Assembly (NCBI GenBank): GCA_046590765.1
Contig: JBKJUB010000034.1
Location: 1 to 37,337 of the forward strand
Reading direction: 5' to 3'
Source of the DNA: Sphingomicrobium sp.
Lineage (GTDB): Bacteria > Pseudomonadota > Alphaproteobacteria > Sphingomonadales > Sphingomonadaceae
Length of the DNA stretch: 37,337 nt
Shown: in pieces, positions 1-12,852 of the stretch
Layout of the letters: every line of letters starts with the position of its first letter
Numbering within the stretch: the first letter of the stretch is position 1
Notes under the pieces: model-generated
The model's database searches: none
What the model saw: only the letters and a program-made list of their open reading frames with translations
What the model was told of the DNA's origin: nothing
Made by a program: the position numbers and the translations under genes

Positions 1-5
1 ACGCG

Positions 6-560
6 CTATTCCGGCAGGCGGGCGATGAAGCAAGAGGGATCGTGGAAATCGGGCTGGGCATCGACGCCGTTTGCGGGGTGAGCAAGCGCCCAATAGCTCT
101 TGTGGCCGTCCTTCTCCTCGATCACCGCACTAAGCCCCAAGGTGAAAGAGGCATCGGCGGGAATGGCGATTGTGGCACCCAGCGCCCACCACGTCAGATT
201 GTCTTCGACGCGGATATAAGGATCGGCTCCGACTTCGGCCTCGGTCATGTCGGTGCGCGGCGTCGTAAACGTGTAGGCTGCCCAGTCGAGCGACGGCGCG
301 AAGTTCCATTCGGAGTAGGCCTCACGACCATTCTCGCGAAGAAAGGCCTCGAAGCAGGTGGTGCGCCACAAGTCGTCACGCCGCGCGGCGATCGTCGATT
401 GGGGAAGGACGAAGCGCACCGCGGGGGCCCCAACACAGAAGAACAGGTTGAGCGTTGCGCTTCGCCCGAACGCGGCCGAGCGATCGACATTAACCCAAAG
501 CTTGAACGACGGCGCGGCAGGGATGGTGGCCGGATGGGGCACAAGGTCGAACGACGGCAT
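6..560 (-). CDS. DOMON-like domain protein (184 aa)
   Basis: Part of ORF 6..812. Start moved to ATG 560 (MPSFDLVPHP) because the upstream extension overlaps the REP and tyrS. Motifs RRDDLWRTTCFEAF, EWNFAPSLDWAAY and SYWALAHP..PDFH are typical of bacterial DOMON-like proteins. Confidence 0.8.
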   Translation of the reverse strand: MPSFDLVPHPATIPAAPSFKLWVNVDRSAAFGRSATLNLFFCVGAPAVRFVLPQSTIAARRDDLWRTTCFEAFLRENGREAYSEWNFAPSLDWAAYTFTTPRTDMTEAEVGADPYIRVEDNLTWWALGATIAIPADASFTLGLSAVIEEKDGHKSYWALAHPANGVDAQPDFHDPSCFIARLPE

Positions 561-572
561 ACTGCACTCTAT

Positions 573-654
573 CGTCATTCCAGCGAACGCGGGAACCCCG
601 CTTTTTCGGGCGAGCGAATAAAGAAGCGGGACCCCCGCTTTCCCGGGGGTGACG
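573..654. repeat. CGTC-type REP / palindromic element (inverted dimer)
   Basis: Left arm CGTCATTCCAGCGAACGCGGGAACCC; right arm (reverse complement) CGTCACCCCCGGGAAAGCGGGGGTCCC; inner CCCGCTTTTT..AAAGAAGCGGG pairing. Resembles the alphaproteobacterial GTCATTCCCGCGAAAGCGGGAATCC repeat family. Confidence 0.85.
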
Positions 655-673
655 AGCGCGTTAGAGGATGGAT

Positions 674-1897
674 ATGAGTGCATACACATCCTCCCTCCTC
701 CGGCTTCTCGACGAGCGTGGCTATATCCACCAGGCGACCGACGCCGCCGCGCTCGATGCGCTGGCGGCGCGGGAAGTGGTGAGCGGGTATATCGGGTTCG
801 ACGCCACCGCACCGAGCCTTCACGTCGGCAGCCTGGTGCAGATCATGATGCTGCGGCGGCTGCAGCAGGCGGGCCATCGCCCGATCGTGCTGATGGGCGG
901 GGGGACGACCAAGGTCGGCGATCCGTCGGGCAAGGACGAAAGCCGCAAATTGCTGAGCGATGCGGACATCCAGGCCAATATCGCCTCGATTCGCAGCGTT
1001 TTCGAGCGGTTTTTGACGTTTGGAGATGGGCCGAGCGACGCGATCCTGCTCGACAATGCCGACTGGCTCGATGGGCTGAATTATGTCGACATGCTGCGCA
1101 CCATCGGCCCGCATTTCACGATCAACCGGATGCTGACCTTCGACAGCGTCAAGCTTCGCCTCGACCGCGAGCAGCCGCTGACCTTCCTCGAATTCAATTA
1201 CATGATCCTCCAGGCCTATGATTTCCTCGAACTGTCGCGCCGCGCCAAGTGCCGATTGCAGCTTGGCGGGTCGGACCAGTGGGGCAATATCATCAACGGG
1301 ATCGATCTCGGACGGCGGATCGACGGGGCGGAATTATTTGGCGTGACGACCCCGCTGGTAACGACGGCGGACGGCGCCAAGATGGGCAAGACCGCGGCGG
1401 GCGCGGTGTGGCTCAATGCTGATCAGCTCAGCCCCTACGATTATTGGCAATTCTGGCGGAATACGGCCGATGCGGATGTCGTGAAATTCCTCAGACTGTT
1501 TACCGATATCCCCGTCTTAGAGATTGCTTTAATGGCAAAATTCGAAGGAGCGGAACTCAATCAGCTAAAAATTAGGCTGGCCAATGAAGCAACAACGATG
1601 CTCCATGGCAAAGCTGCAGCTTCGGCTGCTGCAGAAACCGCTAGACGGACATTCGAAGAAGGTACAACAGGCGATAACCTTCCGACCTTGGGAACGGGCC
1701 AAACAATAAGCGTCCTCGCGGCACTGACTGGGCTGGGATTCTGCGCTTCCAACGGCGAAGCAAAGAGAAAGATTGCTGAAGGTGCCGTCAGGATCGACGA
1801 CAAGGTGATCACCGATCCAGCATACGTCATTCAAGTCCCCAACAATCCCGTGAAAGTCAGCCTGGGGAAGAAGAAACACGGTCTGCTGATCAGTTAG
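674..1897 (+). CDS. tyrS: tyrosine--tRNA ligase
   Basis: GFDATAPSLHVGS (HIGH), QLGGSDQWGNI, KMGKT (KMSKS), C-terminal S4-like domain. An alternative ATG is at 668. Confidence 0.98.
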   Translation: MSAYTSSLLRLLDERGYIHQATDAAALDALAAREVVSGYIGFDATAPSLHVGSLVQIMMLRRLQQAGHRPIVLMGGGTTKVGDPSGKDESRKLLSDADIQANIASIRSVFERFLTFGDGPSDAILLDNADWLDGLNYVDMLRTIGPHFTINRMLTFDSVKLRLDREQPLTFLEFNYMILQAYDFLELSRRAKCRLQLGGSDQWGNIINGIDLGRRIDGAELFGVTTPLVTTADGAKMGKTAAGAVWLNADQLSPYDYWQFWRNTADADVVKFLRLFTDIPVLEIALMAKFEGAELNQLKIRLANEATTMLHGKAAASAAAETARRTFEEGTTGDNLPTLGTGQTISVLAALTGLGFCASNGEAKRKIAEGAVRIDDKVITDPAYVIQVPNNPVKVSLGKKKHGLLIS

Positions 1898-3951
1898 CCG
1901 CTCCTGAGCAGGCCCACCGCCGAATCGCGTTCGAACAGATAAAGGCACAGCCGAGCCGCCTGGCCTCGCACACCGTCGAGGCCGCCGTCGCGGTCGAGCA
2001 GTAGGCGCGCGTCGTCCTGGGCCATTGGCGCGAGTTCGGCGACATCTTCCGGCGTGGCCACGCGGAAGCCTTCTTCGCCAGACTGCTTGAGGCCGAGAAT
2101 TTCGCCCGGACCACGCAATTTCAAATCTTCCTCGGCGATGCGGAAGCCGTCATTGGTCTCGCGCATAAGCGCCAGACGCGCGCGGCCGGTTTCGCTCAAA
2201 GTCGACCCGCGCAGTAATAGGCAGATGCTCTTGCCCACCCCGCGCCCGACGCGGCCGCGCAGCTGGTGGAGCTGAGCGAGGCCGAAACGCTCGGCGCCCT
2301 CGACGATCATCAAGGTCGAATTGGGCACATCGACTCCGACCTCGATCACCGTCGTCGCGACCAGCACCCCAAGCTCCCCGCTCGCAAATGACGCCATGAC
2401 GTCATCCTTGGCCGGGCCCTTCATCCGCCCGTGAACCAGCCCGACCTTGTCCGCGCCGAACCGCAGGCGCAGGACCGCCGCGCGCTCTTCGGCTGCAGCA
2501 GCGTCGCTCTTCTCGCTTTCCTCGACCAGCGGGCACACCCAATAGGCCTGTCCGCCACCATCGATGTGGCGACCCAGCGCGGCAATCACCTCCGGCAGTT
2601 TTTCCTCGCTGATCACCCGAGTCTCGACCGGGGTTCGGCCCGGCGGCATTTCGTCGATCCGGCTGACATCCATCTCGCCGAAATGGGTCAGCGTCAGCGT
2701 GCGCGGGATCGGGGTGGCGGTCATCACCAGCAAATGCGGCGGCCGCTCGGCTTTGGAGGAGAGCAGCAGCCGCTGCGACACACCGAAGCGATGCTGCTCG
2801 TCGATCACCGCCAGGCCGAGATTCTTGTAGGCCACCTTTTCCTGGAAAATGGCGTGGGTGCCGACGAGAATATCAACCTCACCCGAGGCCAGCCCCATCA
2901 GCACCGATTCCCGCGAGCGGCCCTTTTCGCGCCCGGTGAGGATCGCGACGCGCACGCCAAGGCTGCCCAATTGGCCGAGCAAGGTTGCGTGATGCTGGCG
3001 GGCGAGAATTTCGGTCGGGGCGAGAAACGCCGCCTGCGCGCCGGATTCGACCGCGATCAGCATCGCGCGCACTGCGACCAATGTCTTGCCCGACCCGACA
3101 TCGCCCTGGAGCAAGCGCAGCATTGGGGCCGATTGGGCCATGTCGCCGCGAATTTCCGCCGTGACGCGGGCCTGGGCGCCAGTCATTTGGTACGGCAATT
3201 TGAGCCCATCGTTCAGCCGGCCATCGCCTTCGAGCGGCAAGGTGCGTCGACGGCGGCTGTGCTGGCGAAGCAGGAGCAAGGCGAGCTGGTTGGCGAAAAT
3301 CTCGTCATATGCCAGTCGTTTGCGTGGGTTTGTTTGATCTGGGTCGGAATGAGTTTCGGCGAGCGCCGAGCGCCACGCGGGCCAATGTTGCTGGGCCAGC
3401 AGCGACGGCTCGATCCATTCTGAAAGCGTTGGCGCGCGTTCCAGTCCCGCCAGCGCGAGCTCGCGCATGCGCTTATTCGAAATCCCCTCGGTCAGCCCGT
3501 AGACCGGCTCACGAATCGCGATCCCGCTCGCCTCGTCGAGCCTGAGCACCTCGGGATGGACGATCTGCCACTCGTCGCCCCACTGATCGAGCCGACCAAC
3601 CACCACGCGGGTCTCGCCGAGCGGCAATTGCTTCTTCGCCCAGCCGGGATTGTTGAAGAAGGTCAGCGTGATCGTATTATCGTCGCCGTCCCCGGCAAAA
3701 ATCCGCAACGGCGCGCGGCCCGACCCGGCGCGAAGGTCGAACGGCTTCACCGCAAGGATCACGATCCGCCCGAGCAAGGCCCCGCTCGCTGCCTTGGCCT
3801 CGACCCGCTCGATCGTTCCGGTCGGCAGATGAAACGCCAGATCGACCGCCCGGGTCAGGCCGAGCCGCGCCAGTCCCTTCGCCATCGCCGGGCCGACGCC
3901 GGCCAGCGCCTCGACCTCGGCAAATAATGGATTGAGGATCTCGGGCCGCAT
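1894..3951 (-). CDS. recG: ATP-dependent DNA helicase RecG
   Basis: LLQGDVGSGKT, IDEQHRFGV, MTATPIPRTL, QLHQLRGRVGRG, DGFRIAEEDLKLRGPGE; 685 aa. Confidence 0.98.
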   Translation of the reverse strand: MRPEILNPLFAEVEALAGVGPAMAKGLARLGLTRAVDLAFHLPTGTIERVEAKAASGALLGRIVILAVKPFDLRAGSGRAPLRIFAGDGDDNTITLTFFNNPGWAKKQLPLGETRVVVGRLDQWGDEWQIVHPEVLRLDEASGIAIREPVYGLTEGISNKRMRELALAGLERAPTLSEWIEPSLLAQQHWPAWRSALAETHSDPDQTNPRKRLAYDEIFANQLALLLLRQHSRRRRTLPLEGDGRLNDGLKLPYQMTGAQARVTAEIRGDMAQSAPMLRLLQGDVGSGKTLVAVRAMLIAVESGAQAAFLAPTEILARQHHATLLGQLGSLGVRVAILTGREKGRSRESVLMGLASGEVDILVGTHAIFQEKVAYKNLGLAVIDEQHRFGVSQRLLLSSKAERPPHLLVMTATPIPRTLTLTHFGEMDVSRIDEMPPGRTPVETRVISEEKLPEVIAALGRHIDGGGQAYWVCPLVEESEKSDAAAAEERAAVLRLRFGADKVGLVHGRMKGPAKDDVMASFASGELGVLVATTVIEVGVDVPNSTLMIVEGAERFGLAQLHQLRGRVGRGVGKSICLLLRGSTLSETGRARLALMRETNDGFRIAEEDLKLRGPGEILGLKQSGEEGFRVATPEDVAELAPMAQDDARLLLDRDGGLDGVRGQAARLCLYLFERDSAVGLLRSG

Positions 3952-3959
3952 CGCCGCTG

Positions 3960-3988
3960 ACCCTAGCGCGCGCTGCGCCGACTGCCTA
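3960..3988 (-). promoter_or_regulatory. putative sigma70 promoter of recG, leaderless or near-leaderless
   Basis: TAGGCA-N17-TAGGGT ends 8 nt before the ATG; no SD present. Confidence 0.45.
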
Positions 3989-4003
3989 CATGGGCGTCAA
4001 TGA

Positions 4004-4032
4004 CCCGCGGCGAAATCGCCAGCGGGCTTTTC
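4004..4032 (+). terminator. terminator-like hairpin upstream of sdhE
   Basis: CCCGC-GGCG-AAAT-CGCC-A-GCGGG followed by CTTTTC, about 20 nt before the sdhE ATG. Confidence 0.4.
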
Positions 4033-4051
4033 ACGCGTGGAGCGATCAGCA

Positions 4052-4308
4052 ATGGACGAGCAGCTTGGGGCGCTGAAATGGCGGGCCAGCCATCGTGGCA
4101 CGCGCGAGGCCGATATGATGATCGGCGGGTTTTACGACGCGCATCACGCGGCATGGGGCGAAGCCGAATGCACGTGGTTCGCCGAACTGCTGGCCGAACA
4201 GGATGTTGACATCATGGCCTGGGGGATCGGCACCCTGCCCGTTCCCGAGCGCTTCCAGGGGCCAATGATGGCCGCCTTTCGCAAACTCGACTTCATCAAG
4301 GTGGCCAA

Positions 4309-4312
<4 letters not shown>
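4052..4312 (+). CDS. sdhE: succinate dehydrogenase assembly factor 2 (FAD assembly factor)
   Basis: LKWRASHRGTREADMMIGGF (RGxxE motif); the recG-sdhE-mfd synteny is typical of Alphaproteobacteria; GGAG upstream of ATG 4052. Confidence 0.92.
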
Positions 4313-7793
<3,481 letters not shown>

Positions 7794-7797
<4 letters not shown>

Positions 7798-8600
7798 GCC
7801 GCCTGCGCCGCCCGGCTCGCGGCAACGAAGCGCCCCAGCTCGGCCTCGTCGAGCGCGCCCGCCGTCAGGAAACCCTGGTAGAGGTCGCAATCCCACGCCG
7901 CGACCAGCGCCAGTTGCGCGGTCGTCTCGACGCCTTCGATCACTACCTTCAACCCCAATTCGCGGGCCATGCCGATCATCGCCTTGACCACGATCCGGTC
8001 GCGGCTTCCGCCCACCAGGTCGGCAATCAGCCCGCGGTCGATCTTTAGCGTGTCAATCGGGAGTGACGTCAGATAAGCAAGGTTGGAATAACCAGTCCCG
8101 AAATCGTCGATTGCAATCTCGATCCCCAGCCCGCGGAGCCGCGCGAGGCGCGTCGAGGCGATCGCTGGGTCGATCACCAGGCTGCTCTCGGTAATCTCCA
8201 GTGTCAGCCGTTTTGGGTTGAATCCCGTCGCCGCCAGTTCCGCGACCAGCCAATCGTCATACCCTGCGCGCGCCAGATCCTCCGGCACCAGATTGAGCGA
8301 CAGTCTAAGCCCCGCCAGCGGTCCGCCCCATTTGCCCGCCATCCCCAGCGCCTTGCGCTGGATGTGGCGCGACAATCGCTCGGTCAGCCCGACCGCTGCG
8401 GCGCGCGCGAACAATGTTTCGGTCGTTACGCCCGACCAGCGGGCAAGCGCTTCCGCCCCTTCAACCATGCCGGTGCGCGGGTCGCTCTGCGGCTGGAAGC
8501 GGATCTCGATCGCATCATTGGCAATCGCCCGCTCGAGCGACCGGTCGCGCACCACCGCGCGCGGCTGCTCGATCCGGTCCGAACCCCTATCCTGTCTCAT
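7794..8600 (-). CDS. stand-alone EAL-domain c-di-GMP phosphodiesterase
   Basis: FQPQ, EALARW, SLN, LEITE, IDDFGTGYS, LKID, EGVE and QGF are all intact; no GGDEF or sensor domain. Start codon uncertain. Confidence 0.88.
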
Positions 8601-8721
8601 TCTAACGCCACTCCATTCACCTGCTTCTGTACCCGCTGTGCTGCCCACCCCCTACGCCCGCGTTGTCCGCGCCCCGTTACGGGACAGTGGCGCTGGCCCG
8701 TGAAATGCCTATGGTGGGTGC

Positions 8722-9537
8722 GTGACTGCAGCGACCCCACGGCCCGCTAACGGCGACCGCGACCTCGCCGGGTCTGGAATCGGCCTGCTCGCTTCCCCGA
8801 CCGATGCCGCGCAGGCCGCTGAAAAGTCGCTCCGTCGCCGCTATCAATGGGCCGACGCGCATGACGCAACCTCGCTTGTGGTGATTGGCGGCGACGGCTT
8901 CATGTTGCAGACGCTCCACCGGATGCTCGATCAAGGCGAATCCAAGCCCCTGTTCGGGATGAACCGCGGCACCGTCGGCTTTCTGATGAACGAGTGGCGA
9001 TCGGACGGCCTTGCCGCGCGCATTGCCCGCGCCAAGGCGATCCGCGTCGCCCCGCTCACCATGCGCGCGACGACCGTCACCGGGGAGGTCTTCACCCACC
9101 CCGCAATCAACGAAGTCTCCTTGCTCCGCGAGACCCGGCAGACGGCAAAGATCGAACTGTCGGTCTCGGGCCGCGTCGTCATGCCCGAACTGGTATGCGA
9201 CGGCGTGCTCGTCGCCACCCCCGCCGGGTCGACCGCGTACAACTTCTCCGCCCGCGGGCCGATTCTCCCGCTAGCGGCCAAGATGCTCGCCTTGACCCCG
9301 ATCGCGCCGTTCCGCCCGCGCCGCTGGACCGGGGCGATTCTACCCGACGATGTGTCGGTCGGATTGCGCGTGCTCGAGCCGATCAATCGCCCGGTTTCCG
9401 CCGTCGCCGACCAGTTTGAAGTGCGCGATGTCACCCAGGTCGACGTCAGCCTCGATCGCGAGCGTTCACTGACCTTGCTGTTCGATCCCGAGCATGCGCT
9501 GGATGAACGCATCGCGATGGAGCAATTTACGACTTAG
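8722..9537 (+). CDS. nadK: NAD kinase
   Basis: GGDGFML, INE, DG, ATPAGSTAYNFSA. TATGGT -10 sits 6 nt before the GTG start, suggesting a leaderless mRNA. Confidence 0.95.
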   Translation: MTAATPRPANGDRDLAGSGIGLLASPTDAAQAAEKSLRRRYQWADAHDATSLVVIGGDGFMLQTLHRMLDQGESKPLFGMNRGTVGFLMNEWRSDGLAARIARAKAIRVAPLTMRATTVTGEVFTHPAINEVSLLRETRQTAKIELSVSGRVVMPELVCDGVLVATPAGSTAYNFSARGPILPLAAKMLALTPIAPFRPRRWTGAILPDDVSVGLRVLEPINRPVSAVADQFEVRDVTQVDVSLDRERSLTLLFDPEHALDERIAMEQFTT

Positions 9538-9570
9538 CGTCGTGGTGGGTCGCAATTTACCACTTGAGGG

Positions 9571-9599
9571 TTGCGAATCGCATTGCGCTGCGTCATAGG
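9571..9599 (+). promoter_or_regulatory. putative sigma70 promoter of tRNA-Asn
   Basis: TTGCGA-N17-CATAGG followed by a GC-rich discriminator, 23 nt before the tRNA. Confidence 0.55.
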
Positions 9600-9622
9600 C
9601 GCGGGCGTCCGCTTTGGACCGC

Positions 9623-9697
9623 TCCCCGATAGCTCAGCGGTAGAGTAGGTGACTGTTAATCACTTGGTCGTTCGTTCGAATCGAACTCGGGGAGCCA
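9623..9697 (+). tRNA. tRNA-Asn(GTT)
   Basis: Acceptor stem TCCCCGA/TCGGGGA, D-arm GCTC/GAGT, anticodon arm GGTGA-CTGTTAA-TCACT, T-arm GTTCG-TTCGAAT-CGAAC, encoded CCA; 75 nt. Confidence 0.98.
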
Positions 9698-9717
9698 TTT
9701 TTCCAGACACGCGGTGC

Positions 9718-12700
9718 CTAGCCGTCGATTGCCGCCATCAGGCTCGCATTGCCGCCCGCCGCCGTTGTATCGATGCAGGTCACCCGCTCGGTGGCGAAGC
9801 GCGCGGCATAATGCGGCCCGCCGGCTTTGGGCCCGGTTCCGCTCAATCCCTCGCCGCCGAACGGCTGGCTTTCGACCACCGCGCCGATCTGGTTGCGATT
9901 GACGTAGATATTGCCGACCCGTGCGGTCGCCTCGACCAACTCGCGGACCGAATCGATCCGGCTCTGCAGCCCCAGCGTCAACCCGAAGCCGCTGGCGTTA
10001 ATCTCCTCGATCACACCCTCCAGCCCGCCACTCTTCCAGCGGATGACGTGCAGGATCGGCCCGAAATTCTCCTGGTTAAGCTCGGCCAGCGACCCGATTT
10101 CGTAAATCGCCGGCGCGACGAAGCTTCCTCTCGCCGTAACCTTTGGCAATTCGAGCCGCGCCACCAGCCGCGCGCCCGCCTCCATCTCGTCAGCATGCGC
10201 GTCGAGCGCCGCCTTGGACGCTTCATCGATCACCGGCCCGACATCGGTGCCAAGTTCACGCGGGTCGCCGATGGTCAGCGCCTGCATCGCCCCGGCGATC
10301 ATCGCCACCATCCCGTCCGCTACATCGTCCTGCACGAACAGCACGCGCAGCGCAGAACAGCGCTGCCCGGCGCTCTGGAAGCTCGATGCCACCACATCGC
10401 GCGTCACCTGTTCGGGAAGCGCCGACGAATCGACGATCATCGCATTCTGCCCGCCAGTCTCGGCGATCAGCGGGATGATCGGCCCGTCTCGATTTGCCAG
10501 CGCGCGGTTGATCGCCCGCGCGGTGTCGGTCGATCCGGTAAACGCCACCCCGGCGATTTGGCGATGCGCGGTCAGCGCCGCCCCAACCCGGCCGTCGCCG
10601 GGCAGCATCTGCACCACGTCGCGCGGAAGCCCGGCGCGATGCAGCAGCTCGATCGCCAGTGCGCCGATCAAGGGGGTCTGCTCGGCCGGCTTGGCGATCA
10701 CCGTATTGCCCGCTGCCAGCGCCGCCGCGACCGGCCCGATGAAGATCGCCAGCGGGAAATTCCACGGGGAAATGCACGCAAATACCCCGCGCCCGTGCAA
10801 GCGCAGCTGGTTCAACTCCCCGGTCGGCCCCGGCAGCGCGATTGCCCCGACAAACTGACGCCGCGCCTCGGCCGCATAATAGCGCAGGAAGTCGACCGCC
10901 TCGCGCACTTCCAGCACTGCATCGATCAGCGTCTTGCCCGCCTCGCGCATGCACAGCGAGAAGTACCGCTCGCGCTCGGCTTCGAACAAATCCGCCGCTT
11001 TGTTCAGCAGCACCGCCCGCGCCTCGCCTCCACGCGCGTTCCACGAGACTTGCGCCGCCGCCGCCGCGCGCACCGCTTGATCGACTTCAGCCACGCTCGC
11101 CTCGATCACCTTGCCGATCACCTCGGACCGATCGTAGGGCGCGACCACCGGCCGCCCCTTCCCCGCCCCGCCAAGCGTTGGCGCAGCGCTCCACCGCTCC
11201 GCCTCCAGCGCGTCGAGCCGCGTTAACAAGGGATCGCGCACCAAGGGATCGCTCAGGTCGAGCCCCGCACTGTTGCGCCGTCCCGCCCCGAAGATCGCAT
11301 CGGGCAACGGAATAGCCGGATTGCGGCTCGGCGTGCATGCCGCCAGCTCGGCCACCGGGTCACGCACTAGCGCGTCGAGCGGCACGTCCTCGTCGGCAAT
11401 GCGGTTGACGAACGACGAATTGGCCCCATTTTCGAGCAGTCGCCGCACCAGATATGCCAGCAATTCCTTGTGCGTCCCGACCGGCGCGTAGATCCGCACC
11501 GGGGTGCGCGCCTCGCCGATCCCGGCTTCGAGCTGCGCGAGCTCGTCGTACAGCCCCTCACCCATCCCGTGGAGCCGCTGGAACTCATATTCCGAGTCCC
11601 CCGCCAGCGCCTTCACCGCGCCGATCGTATTGGCGTTATGAGTCGCGAACGCAGGATAGATGCAGTCGCTCGCGGCAAGCAGCCGCTTGGCGCAGGCGAG
11701 GTAGCTGACATCGGTCGCCACCTTGCGCGTCCATACCGGATAATCCTCGAGCCCGGCGACCTGCGCCGCCTTGATCTCGGTATCCCAATAGGCGCCCTTG
11801 ACCAGCCGGACCATCAGCGTGCGGCCATGCTTGCGGGCCAGGGCCGCGGTCCAGTCGCACAGTGGCACCGCGCGCTTCTGATACGCCTGCAGCGCCAGCC
11901 CGAACCCGCCCCAGCCATTTGCGAACAACGCATCGTCGGAAACCAGCGCCTCGATGATGTCGAGCGACAGCTCGAGCCGGTCGGCTTCCTCGGCGTCGAT
12001 CGTGAAATGGACGTCGGCTTTACTCGCCTTCATCGCCAGCGCGCGCACCACCGGCAATATCGCTGCTTTGACCTCGTCGGCATGATTCCATTCGTAACGC
12101 GGGTGAAGCGCCGACAATTTGACCGAAATCCCTGGCGAAACCTTGAACCCGCCTCTCGCCGCGCCGGCAATCGCATCGAGCGCATCGCTGTACGATTTGG
12201 CGTAGCGTGCCGCATCGGCGTGAGTCCGCGCCGCCTCGCCGAGCATGTCAAAGCTATGCTCCTGCCCGGCTTTACGCTCAGGTCCGGCGCGCTTCAACGC
12301 TTCCTCGATCGTCCGCCCGAAAACGAACTGCTTGCCGAGGATTTTCATTCCCTGGCTGACCGCGGTGCGAATCACCGGTTCGCCCAGCCGCCCGACCGCG
12401 CGCCCAAGCGCAGCGCGCCAGCTCGGCGATCGGTCATTGGCTTCTTCGAGCACTTTGCCGGTCAGCAGCAGCGAGAAGGTCGCGGCGTTGACGAAGGTCG
12501 ATTTGGAATCGCCAAGCTTCTCGGCCCAGTCCGGCCCCGACAATTTGTCGGCGATGAGGTCATCGGCGGTCCTCGCATCGGGAATGCGAAGCAACGCTTC
12601 GGCGAGGCACATCAGGGCAATTCCCTCGTCGCTGCCAAGATCGTAGGCGGCCATGAAGGCGTCGATCCCGGCCGGCTTATGCTCGCGCACTGCCTTCGAC

Positions 12701-12840
12701 AATGAGCGCGCCACCGCCGCAGCTTCGGACGCCTGGCGCTTGCTCAGCTCGGCCTGGACCAACCGCTCGGCGACCAGCGCCTCCTCATCGGGGCGATACG
12801 CCCGGCGCAGCTGGTTGCGGTCGATCATTGCGCCGGTCAC
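9718..12840 (-). CDS. putA: bifunctional proline dehydrogenase / L-glutamate gamma-semialdehyde dehydrogenase
   Basis: SFDMLGEAA, VRLVKGAYWDTEIK, FATHNA, LAYLVRRLLENGANSSF, ISPWNFPLAIF, ETGGQN, SAGQRCSA, C-terminal TAAGGNASL. No N-terminal DNA-binding domain. Confidence 0.98.
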   Translation of the reverse strand: MTGAMIDRNQLRRAYRPDEEALVAERLVQAELSKRQASEAAAVARSLSKAVREHKPAGIDAFMAAYDLGSDEGIALMCLAEALLRIPDARTADDLIADKLSGPDWAEKLGDSKSTFVNAATFSLLLTGKVLEEANDRSPSWRAALGRAVGRLGEPVIRTAVSQGMKILGKQFVFGRTIEEALKRAGPERKAGQEHSFDMLGEAARTHADAARYAKSYSDALDAIAGAARGGFKVSPGISVKLSALHPRYEWNHADEVKAAILPVVRALAMKASKADVHFTIDAEEADRLELSLDIIEALVSDDALFANGWGGFGLALQAYQKRAVPLCDWTAALARKHGRTLMVRLVKGAYWDTEIKAAQVAGLEDYPVWTRKVATDVSYLACAKRLLAASDCIYPAFATHNANTIGAVKALAGDSEYEFQRLHGMGEGLYDELAQLEAGIGEARTPVRIYAPVGTHKELLAYLVRRLLENGANSSFVNRIADEDVPLDALVRDPVAELAACTPSRNPAIPLPDAIFGAGRRNSAGLDLSDPLVRDPLLTRLDALEAERWSAAPTLGGAGKGRPVVAPYDRSEVIGKVIEASVAEVDQAVRAAAAAQVSWNARGGEARAVLLNKAADLFEAERERYFSLCMREAGKTLIDAVLEVREAVDFLRYYAAEARRQFVGAIALPGPTGELNQLRLHGRGVFACISPWNFPLAIFIGPVAAALAAGNTVIAKPAEQTPLIGALAIELLHRAGLPRDVVQMLPGDGRVGAALTAHRQIAGVAFTGSTDTARAINRALANRDGPIIPLIAETGGQNAMIVDSSALPEQVTRDVVASSFQSAGQRCSALRVLFVQDDVADGMVAMIAGAMQALTIGDPRELGTDVGPVIDEASKAALDAHADEMEAGARLVARLELPKVTARGSFVAPAIYEIGSLAELNQENFGPILHVIRWKSGGLEGVIEEINASGFGLTLGLQSRIDSVRELVEATARVGNIYVNRNQIGAVVESQPFGGEGLSGTGPKAGGPHYAARFATERVTCIDTTAAGGNASLMAAIDG

Positions 12841-12852
12841 TGTATCAGCGCC

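Noticed and set aside
561-812. Long N-terminal extensions in the ORF track (DOMON; also amgK, M2 peptidase, asd, yqgE)
   Set aside because: They overlap neighbouring genes or repeats; downstream starts fit motifs, SD sites or stop-start overlaps better.
4000-4209. 69-aa ORF overlapping sdhE
   Set aside because: Out of frame with the conserved sdhE and has no protein-like features; kept only as a possible regulatory start.
9623-9720. tRNA-Asn as an integration site for an island or prophage
   Set aside because: Only 20 nt separate it from the putA stop; no integrase and no duplicated tRNA 3' end were seen.
9649-12705. Long + strand ORFs (525 aa, 411 aa) opposite putA
   Set aside because: Antisense shadows; one starts inside the tRNA.
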